A stretch of DNA of 64,000 bases from a virus. Taxonomy: Duplodnaviria; Caudoviricetes. The stretch covers positions 18,803-82,802 of IMG/VR virus record IMGVR_UViG_2913820460_000006. One strand, given 5' to 3'. This document shows, piece by piece, positions 20,305-26,777 of the stretch (positions are counted from its first letter, which is position 1; each line of letters starts with the position of its first letter). The translations under genes were made by a program, and so were the position numbers. The notes under the pieces are model-generated. The model did not search any database, had not been told where the DNA came from, and saw only the letters and a program-made list of their open reading frames with translations.

Positions 20305-20353
20305 GAGGGAGAGCCGTAGGCTGCTCCCTCTTTCTTTTTCTCGCGTAAGCGAG
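20305..20353 (+). promoter_or_regulatory. Hairpins downstream of the VR (DGR target-recognition cruciform and/or terminator)
   Basis: GAGGGAG-AGCC-GTA-GGCT-G-CTCCCTC followed by a T-rich run, then CTCGC-GTAA-GCGAG. GC hairpins just downstream of IMH are known DGR cis elements. Confidence 0.6.
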
Positions 20354-20397
20354 TCGATTTTTGAAACTAATTTTTATGTGGTTGTATTTTTGTCTGT

Positions 20398-20434
20398 AAA
20401 ACGTTCCATATATAGAACATTTTCACTATATTTG
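20398..20434 (+). promoter_or_regulatory. Promoter/operator of the TA pair
   Basis: Imperfect palindrome AAAACGTTC-N8-GAACATTTT (20398-20423) adjacent to the -7 box TATATTTG (20427-20434). Confidence 0.5.
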
Positions 20435-20454
20435 CATTGTGAATGATATAAGAT

Positions 20455-20799
20455 ATGGAATTGAAAACGAGATTCAAAGTAATAATGTCGAGTGAAGCCG
20501 ATGCATTTCTTGACACTCTGCGCCAAGACGTTAAGGATAAAATTATCTATAATGTAGATAAGGTAGCCAATGGTTATATGGACAAAGATTTATTCAAGAA
20601 ATTAGATGATACTGACATTTGGGAGTTTCGCACCCTGTATAAAGGTATTCAATATCGTCTGTTGGCTTTTTGGGACACCGACGCGGAAACGTTGGTCATT
20701 GCCACGCATGGATTTGTGAAGAAAACACAAAAGACCCCACGCAAAGAGATAAACAAGGCGGAAGCCGTCAGAATATTATATTTCAACTCAAAAAAATAA
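20455..20799 (+). CDS. higB: RelE/HigB-family toxin (Gp49-like)
   Basis: 114 aa; FKKL..TDIWEFRTLY...YRLLAF...IATHGFVKKTQKTPRKEI pattern; toxin-first order. Confidence 0.85.
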   Translation: MELKTRFKVIMSSEADAFLDTLRQDVKDKIIYNVDKVANGYMDKDLFKKLDDTDIWEFRTLYKGIQYRLLAFWDTDAETLVIATHGFVKKTQKTPRKEINKAEAVRILYFNSKK

Positions 20800-20803
20800 G
20801 TAT

Positions 20804-21115
20804 ATGGAAGCAATTAAATTTTATACCCTTGATGAAGTTAAGGATAAACATATAGGTGAGGTCGGTACACCGCACAGGGATAAGTATGAAGCTGAATTGC
20901 AATCATTTTTGATTGGGGAAGCCATAAAAAAAGCCCGTAAATCCCAAAACATGACCCAAGAGGAATTGGCACAAAAAATCGGTGTACAGCGTTCACAAGT
21001 ATCCAAGATAGAAAGCGGACGTAATCTGACCCTTTCCACCATTGCGCGAGTGTTTAAGGCCATGGGTATGAAGGCGTCTTTGAGTATTTCCGGTTTAGGA
21101 AGCATAACTCTTTAA
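20804..21115 (+). CDS. higA: XRE-family HTH antitoxin
   Basis: IKKARKSQNMTQEELAQKIGVQRSQVSKIESG HTH; starts 4 nt after the toxin stop. Confidence 0.85.
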   Translation: MEAIKFYTLDEVKDKHIGEVGTPHRDKYEAELQSFLIGEAIKKARKSQNMTQEELAQKIGVQRSQVSKIESGRNLTLSTIARVFKAMGMKASLSISGLGSITL

Positions 21116-21142
21116 AAAAATAAAAGGCGGACAATCCCTCGC

Positions 21143-21252
21143 GCCGTTGTGTTTTGCGGTCCGGCAACAACTCGAATGCGAACAGCGGTCTCGCTTATGC
21201 GAACGCGAACAACGCTTCATCGAACTCGAACACGAACTACGGGGCGCGTCTG
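21143..21252 (+). ncRNA. DGR template repeat (TR)
   Basis: AAC-rich (reads RSGNNSNANSGLAYANANNASSNSNTNYGARL); matches the VR except at adenines; directly upstream of the RT. Confidence 0.97.
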
Positions 21253-21361
21253 AAATTCTGTTGGTTAAATTAATCGGAGACCCTGCACAGGTACGAGATT
21301 ACCACCGCCATTCTCCGAGGGATTCGAGCCTCGGCAACAGCATGATAATATATATTTATTA

Positions 21362-22852
21362 ATGGAAAGCCGGAACATATCTTTAACCACATGTGGGGAG
21401 AGGTTGGACCACTCCCCACGAGACCGGAAGGCGGTCAGCGATATATACGATTTATTCCAACCGGCCGTAGCTGCAACTGCGGTCTGTTATCCGTTATATA
21501 ATCTCATACCGGAGATTATATCCGATGAGAATTTGGAAAGGTCATTCAAGCGTGTCATGGCAAATCTGAGAAGTGCAGATACCCGAAGCGGAAATCGGCA
21601 AAGAGAGATAGCTGTAATAGATGGCATTGAATGTTCACCAAGAATGGCCCGTTATGTAAAAAACAAGCATAAGATACTTGATGCGCTGAAAGAACAGATA
21701 GGTAACGGCACATTCCATATAAAGAACCTCAAGTCGTTTACTGTGGATGACGGACCGAAAGTAAGAATTGTGCAAGCCCCGTCAGTCATAGAGCGTATTG
21801 GAAGCAATGCGATTATGGAGCCGTTGGAAAAGCATCTTTCACCCCTATTGATAGAAACAACGGCTGCATCCATACAAGGACGCGGACCGCATGGTCTGTT
21901 CCATCAGGTGCAGGATACATTGGCAGAGAACCCCAATATACACTATTATTATCAAAGCGATTATAAAGGATATTATGACAGTATTGACCATGATATATTA
22001 ATCTCCACAATCAGGCGATATGTCGGAGACCCTGTCTTATTGCCTATTCTTGAAAATTTTGTCAAAGCACTATATCCCAACGGGAAGCATGGCATAAGCA
22101 AAGGACTGCGTTCCTCACAATTCTTTGGAAACCTTTACCATAATGATATTGATCACCGGATGATTGATGAATATGGTGCAAAACATTACTTCCGTTTTTG
22201 TGATGACATCTTTATTCTCGGTGAGAGTAAACGTGATTTGTGGAAATTGCGGGACAAACTACACTATGAAGCAGCTCAAATAGGGCTGACAATAAAACCA
22301 AGCGAAAAAGTGGCTCCCATATCCTCCGGTATGGATGCCCTTGGCTTTGTCAACTACGGCGACTATACATTGCTACGAAAACGGACAAAAGTAAATGCAG
22401 CCCGAAAACTTTCCAAGATTAAATCACGGAAACGGAGACAGCAAATAATCGGTTCATTCAAGGGTATGGCCTGCCATGCAGATTGCAAACATTTATTTTA
22501 TATACTTACCAAGAACAACATGAAGAAATTTTCCGAAATGGGTGTTACGTACACTCCAGCAGATGGAAAAAAACGCTTTCCCGGCAAGGTTATGCGTTTG
22601 AGCGACATCGTAAATATTCCAATTGAGATACATGATTTTGAAACAGGAATAGACACCAAAGAGGGGGAAGACCGTTATCTGGTATCGTTCCGCAATCCCA
22701 GGACTCAAGAATGGGGAAAGTTCTTTACTGCATCGGTTGAGATGAAAGGTATTCTTGACCAAATCAGCGATATTGAGGACGGCTTTCCATTTGAAACAGT
22801 TCTCAAATGTGAAATGTTTGACGGAGGCAAACGAAAATACAATTTTACCTGA
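21362..22852 (+). CDS. DGR reverse transcriptase with a ~110-aa C-terminal extension
   Basis: RT motifs QSDYKGYYDSIDH, GISKGLRSSQFFGNLY, YFRFCDD and DALGF; adjacent TR/VR pair. Confidence 0.95.
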   Translation: MESRNISLTTCGERLDHSPRDRKAVSDIYDLFQPAVAATAVCYPLYNLIPEIISDENLERSFKRVMANLRSADTRSGNRQREIAVIDGIECSPRMARYVKNKHKILDALKEQIGNGTFHIKNLKSFTVDDGPKVRIVQAPSVIERIGSNAIMEPLEKHLSPLLIETTAASIQGRGPHGLFHQVQDTLAENPNIHYYYQSDYKGYYDSIDHDILISTIRRYVGDPVLLPILENFVKALYPNGKHGISKGLRSSQFFGNLYHNDIDHRMIDEYGAKHYFRFCDDIFILGESKRDLWKLRDKLHYEAAQIGLTIKPSEKVAPISSGMDALGFVNYGDYTLLRKRTKVNAARKLSKIKSRKRRQQIIGSFKGMACHADCKHLFYILTKNNMKKFSEMGVTYTPADGKKRFPGKVMRLSDIVNIPIEIHDFETGIDTKEGEDRYLVSFRNPRTQEWGKFFTASVEMKGILDQISDIEDGFPFETVLKCEMFDGGKRKYNFT

Positions 22853-22863
22853 CGGGAAAAAGA

Positions 22864-22898
22864 TAACATACTAATCCGCTCGGTATCCGCTACTTTTG
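22864..22898 (+). promoter_or_regulatory. Putative promoter of the lysis/tail operon
   Basis: TAACAT-N21-TACTTTTG, 21 nt upstream of the ATG at 22920. Confidence 0.5.
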
Positions 22899-22919
22899 TC
22901 GTAAATCAAAATTCATGCA

Positions 22920-23426
22920 ATGGAAAAGATTTACGGCACAAAGAAGCGGCAGGATTGTCTTGTACGTACAGGACGCTCCAAGTGGATACTGTTTTATGGC
23001 TTCGGGAAAGATGATGAGAATAGTGAGAATGGCTGGGAGTACCGGCATACATTCGACCATAAACCCACACTTTCCGAAGTCAAGGAACTTGTTGTGTCCG
23101 CTATAAACACGGCTACGGAGGAAAAGATTATAAACGGCTTTGTCTGGAACGGGAAAGCAGTATATCTTTCACCCGAAAACCAATTAAACTTTTCCGCTAT
23201 AGAACGTAGTGAAAAGATTCCTTATCCGCTTATTCTAAAAATCAATGAACAGGAAGATGGTACGCCCATCTATCATACTTTCGAGAATGCAGATGATTTT
23301 ATTGCGTTCTCCCAAGCAGCGTGCGCCTATGTGATAAAGACTGTTCAGGAAGGGTGGAAAGAAAAGGATGAAGTGGATTGGACGGTATTTAATTTAAAAA
23401 GTAATAACGATGAAAAAGTTGATTGA
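22920..23426 (+). CDS. DUF4376-like phage protein (possible fibre assembly factor)
   Basis: INTATEEKIINGFVWNGKAVYLSPENQLNF motif; follows the fibre/DGR locus. Confidence 0.5.
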   Translation: MEKIYGTKKRQDCLVRTGRSKWILFYGFGKDDENSENGWEYRHTFDHKPTLSEVKELVVSAINTATEEKIINGFVWNGKAVYLSPENQLNFSAIERSEKIPYPLILKINEQEDGTPIYHTFENADDFIAFSQAACAYVIKTVQEGWKEKDEVDWTVFNLKSNNDEKVD

Positions 23427-23655
23427 ATGGCTCGGAATGAGTAACAGGTGGAAACACCTCATAGGAGGACTGATTATCGGCATTTTTGCATTTGGTTGGT
23501 TTACCGCAATGTATGCCGGAGTTTTGACAGCAGGTGCTTTGGAATATAAAGACAAGGTGCATGGCGGTAGATGGGATTGGATTGACTTTGGTCTTACAGT
23601 AGCCGGAGCAATGATAGGACAACTAATAGAAGGAACTTTAATATGGAACAACTAA
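23410..23655 (+). CDS. Small membrane protein (holin/antiholin candidate)
   Basis: 81 aa with 2-3 hydrophobic segments, upstream of the endolysin. Confidence 0.5.
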   Translation: MKKLIEWLGMSNRWKHLIGGLIIGIFAFGWFTAMYAGVLTAGALEYKDKVHGGRWDWIDFGLTVAGAMIGQLIEGTLIWNN

Positions 23656-24002
23656 GCACGATTATCCAAGTTGTCGGTTCGCTCATCACATTAGTTATAT
23701 TGCCCTTGTTATTGCTTAGAAGCAAAAAGAAAAAGGCAGATGCCGAGGCTGAAAAAACCGAAGCAGATAACATCACAGCTTATGCTGCTGAATGGAAAGA
23801 ATTGTACGAGAAGAAGGAAAAGCGAGTTGTCGAACTGGACGCCAAAATTGACCACCTTTACGCCGAGATAACCAAGTATCGTGACGCTATCCGCGAGCTA
23901 AGCGAAAAGAACAGCGAGCTTGCCGTTCAGAATCAAGCACTGGAATTCCGGAAATGCAATAAACATGGTTGTGCAGACCGCGTCCCACCAAGTGAATATT
24001 AA
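23643..24002 (+). CDS. Holin-like protein (one TM plus coiled coil)
   Basis: N-terminal TM (IIQVVGSLITLVILPLLLL) followed by heptads; immediately upstream of the amidase. Confidence 0.5.
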   Translation: MEQLSTIIQVVGSLITLVILPLLLLRSKKKKADAEAEKTEADNITAYAAEWKELYEKKEKRVVELDAKIDHLYAEITKYRDAIRELSEKNSELAVQNQALEFRKCNKHGCADRVPPSEY

Positions 24003-24016
24003 CCAAATAAATAAGT

Positions 24017-24622
24017 ATGAAGATATTGATTGATAACGGGCATGGTGAAAACACTCCCGGAAAACGTAGTCCTGACGGTTCGTTGCGTGAATATGCTTAT
24101 GCACGTGAAATTGCAGATAGAATAGCACATGAACTTTCCGCAAGAGGTTATGATGCCGAACGCATTGTTCGGGAAACAGTAGATGTTCCACTATCAGAAC
24201 GTGCAAGGCGTGTAAACGAAGTTTGCGGACGATACGGAACGGCCAATGTAGTTCTTGTTTCTATCCACTGCAATGCTGCCGGAAACGGTGCAGAATGGAT
24301 GAACGCAAGAGGATGGAGCGCTTATACATCGAAAGGCAAGACAAAGGCTGATAAACTGGCAACTTTCTTGTATGAAGAAGCTGAAAAAAACTTTATCAGT
24401 CAAAGAATACGCAAAGATAATTCTGACGACGATCCTGACTGGGAAGAAAACTTCTATATTTTGAGTAAGACAAAATGCCCGGCTGTACTTACGGAAAACT
24501 TTTTTCAGGATAACAAGGATGATGTCCTGTACCTTTGTTCCGAAGAAGGCAAACAAGCTATTGTTAAAACCCATGTAGAGGCAATAACCAGATATATTCA
24601 GAAGTATGGTAAAATGGTTTAA
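24017..24622 (+). CDS. Endolysin, N-acetylmuramoyl-L-alanine amidase (Amidase_3)
   Basis: ILIDNGHG, LREY, VSIHCNA and PAVLTENFF zinc-amidase motifs. Confidence 0.93.
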   Translation: MKILIDNGHGENTPGKRSPDGSLREYAYAREIADRIAHELSARGYDAERIVRETVDVPLSERARRVNEVCGRYGTANVVLVSIHCNAAGNGAEWMNARGWSAYTSKGKTKADKLATFLYEEAEKNFISQRIRKDNSDDDPDWEENFYILSKTKCPAVLTENFFQDNKDDVLYLCSEEGKQAIVKTHVEAITRYIQKYGKMV

Positions 24623-25154
24623 AGATATTGTAGCAATATTGTTTGTGGTATTATTTTTCACATCACTGTTTTTTAATGTGCGTTTTTGCATATCGAATAA
24701 AAAGTTACCTATAAATGATACCACAAGAATAACTGTTTTCGATACCATACCCTATTACAAGCCTGTACCCAAGGATAGTACCGTTATTAAATACATCACG
24801 CAGATTCTTCCTACTGCAAAACCGGATAGTACGAAACAGACTCCGGACGTAGCAGATACGACTAAACCTCCAAATAAAGACAAAGACAGTGTTGAGGTTG
24901 AAATCCCCATTACGCAGAAGATGTATGAAACAGACACATATCGGGCTTATGTAAGTGGCTTTCATCCACAACTTGACAGCCTGATACTTTTTGCCGGGCG
25001 TGATATAATGACCGTAACAGGTAATTATCCCAAACCCAAGAAGAAAAAGTTCAGTATCAGTCTACAGGTAGGATATGGAATAACACTGAGAGAAACGCCG
25101 CAATTTTCTCCATGTCTTAGTGTAGGTTTATCGTATAATTTGTTTGATTTCTGA
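24606..25154 (+). CDS. Spanin-like membrane protein
   Basis: N-terminal TM, Pro/Thr-rich linker and C-terminal amphipathic beta strands ending in Phe; follows the endolysin. Confidence 0.45.
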   Translation: MVKWFKDIVAILFVVLFFTSLFFNVRFCISNKKLPINDTTRITVFDTIPYYKPVPKDSTVIKYITQILPTAKPDSTKQTPDVADTTKPPNKDKDSVEVEIPITQKMYETDTYRAYVSGFHPQLDSLILFAGRDIMTVTGNYPKPKKKKFSISLQVGYGITLRETPQFSPCLSVGLSYNLFDF

Positions 25155-25156
25155 TT

Positions 25157-25606
25157 ATGATAGATATTATATTAACGGTCAATAAGGAAAAAGTATATGA
25201 AGAGGTAGCAAAGACCACATCGTACACCGGTGCGAAAATGGATGATGAGCTTGCCTACGATCGTATATTTACGACGGATGAGGATAAAAGCATGCTTGAA
25301 CGTTTTTGGTGCGAGAGTAAGAATACCATATGCAACAGTTTAAAGAAAATGCTTCTTGACGAAACGGAAGCTGACAGTGAATACAGGCTTTCGTTGGGGC
25401 TGTCGAATTCATTCGATGAAGCTCTAAAAGAAAGTATGCAGCGTAGCTTGTTTTCATTCTTCGTGATGAATGTCACTGCAAAGTGGTACACGTTTACCAA
25501 TAAGGAAGAAGCTGCCGGATATGCAACGGAAGCTGCTACCTATATGGAGGATATAATGCGTAAGGCATTTTTCAAAAGAAAGCCCATGCGCCCGACATAC
25601 GAATAA
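25157..25606 (+). CDS. Structural protein, paralog 1 (ring/connector candidate)
   Basis: 149 aa; shares motifs with the next two genes. Confidence 0.55.
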   Translation: MIDIILTVNKEKVYEEVAKTTSYTGAKMDDELAYDRIFTTDEDKSMLERFWCESKNTICNSLKKMLLDETEADSEYRLSLGLSNSFDEALKESMQRSLFSFFVMNVTAKWYTFTNKEEAAGYATEAATYMEDIMRKAFFKRKPMRPTYE

Positions 25607-25624
25607 TCATTAATTCAAAATATT

Positions 25625-26137
25625 ATGGCAGAAAATAAGAAAACATTAACCGTGACACAACAGGTCAAAGAACTTGTCTATGATATTCAGAACAAAGCGT
25701 ATTTGACGGGACAGGCACGAGAAGCGGCCGGCAAGAGCTATCAAGTCGCATCCAATATGCAAGCAAGTGATGACGATGAAAACAGCTATCAGATACGTCG
25801 TTCGTTGGCCAATGCCTTTTCCTCTTTAAAAAGTCTGCTTGGAGAGTATCTCAATGAGGATAATACAACAAGCGATAACCTGATGGATGAAGAGATAGAT
25901 AATAACGGTAAACTTTCATTGGAGTTTTTGCTTCCGTCTAACTATAACAACGCTTCGGCGGACGCACTGGGAAATGGCATACATTCATATCTTGTAGATA
26001 TGGCACTTGGAGAGTGGTTTGCCATAACCAGTCCGGAAGATGCCAATGCGTATATACAACACTCCGGGGTGAGTCTTGAAAACGTGAAGCGTGCACTCTA
26101 CAAACGCAGCCGTCCGGAAAGACCGACTTATGATTAA
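25625..26137 (+). CDS. Structural protein, paralog 2
   Basis: 170 aa; ends RPERPTYD, like RKPMRPTYE of paralog 1. Confidence 0.55.
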   Translation: MAENKKTLTVTQQVKELVYDIQNKAYLTGQAREAAGKSYQVASNMQASDDDENSYQIRRSLANAFSSLKSLLGEYLNEDNTTSDNLMDEEIDNNGKLSLEFLLPSNYNNASADALGNGIHSYLVDMALGEWFAITSPEDANAYIQHSGVSLENVKRALYKRSRPERPTYD

Positions 26138-26683
26138 TTGATGTTCAAGCCTATGGTATATTGTCAAAACAGCCAGTCTAAAACAAAAGCGGTAACACTT
26201 GTGTTTAAAAGGGAAGAACTGCTTTACGATGCGGAGAATTATTCTTTTGTAGAGGGCGACATTATGCAAGCGGAAGATGAACACGCCAGACATCAAGTAT
26301 TCGACATCGGTCAGGACGGTAATGTGGACAGAGTTACGAGAATACTTAACCTCGTACATTCTGAATGCGTGGAAATGTTGTTTCCTTATACGAAAGAAGA
26401 AATTTCCGATAAGCAGGAACCCCTTGATAATGTTATGACCGTGCCGGAAGAATACCTCATAACCCTTGTTTTGCCTGTGGAATTTTCATTGTCTACCGTG
26501 AAGTTGCTGAAACATCTGATACACGAATATATGGTCTGCAAGGTCCTTGCCGACTGGATGAGCATAACAAATCCAGGCAGCCAAGCCAACTGGGAAGATA
26601 AAGCCCGAAATATCCGAATCAAGATACAGACTTCCCTTGTTTCACGAAAAGGCAAGATAAGACGAAAACTAAAACCGTTTTAA
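26138..26683 (+). CDS. Structural protein, paralog 3
   Basis: ~176-181 aa (start uncertain); LVLPVEF...IHEYMVCKVLADWMSITNP matches FLLPSNY...IHSYLVDMALGEWFAITSP of paralog 2. Confidence 0.55.
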   Translation: MMFKPMVYCQNSQSKTKAVTLVFKREELLYDAENYSFVEGDIMQAEDEHARHQVFDIGQDGNVDRVTRILNLVHSECVEMLFPYTKEEISDKQEPLDNVMTVPEEYLITLVLPVEFSLSTVKLLKHLIHEYMVCKVLADWMSITNPGSQANWEDKARNIRIKIQTSLVSRKGKIRRKLKPF

Positions 26684-26691
26684 GAATAGAC

Positions 26692-26724
26692 AAGAGCCGG
26701 GGTGCATCACGCATACCGGCTCTT
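26692..26724. terminator. Terminator between convergent tail operons
   Basis: AAGAGCCGG/CCGGCTCTT inverted repeat. Confidence 0.65.
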
Positions 26725-26777
26725 TCTCCTTATAAACAATCTGATAACCTTAAAAATAACTGACCTATATGTTTCAT

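Noticed and set aside
20131-21252. VR/TR as a CRISPR array or simple duplication
   Set aside because: There are only two copies, no spacers, and the differences fall strictly at adenines. No CRISPR array or cas gene was seen anywhere in the window.
21147-21362. 71-aa ORF upstream of the RT as an Avd candidate
   Set aside because: It is the TR and spacer read in another frame; its twin (20009-20269) is the VR shadow. Neither resembles Avd.
21362-22852. RT as a group II intron, retron or Abi RT, or as inactive because of FCDD
   Set aside because: The adjacent adenine-specific TR/VR pair identifies a DGR. Both catalytic Asp are present and Tyr-to-Phe is conservative.
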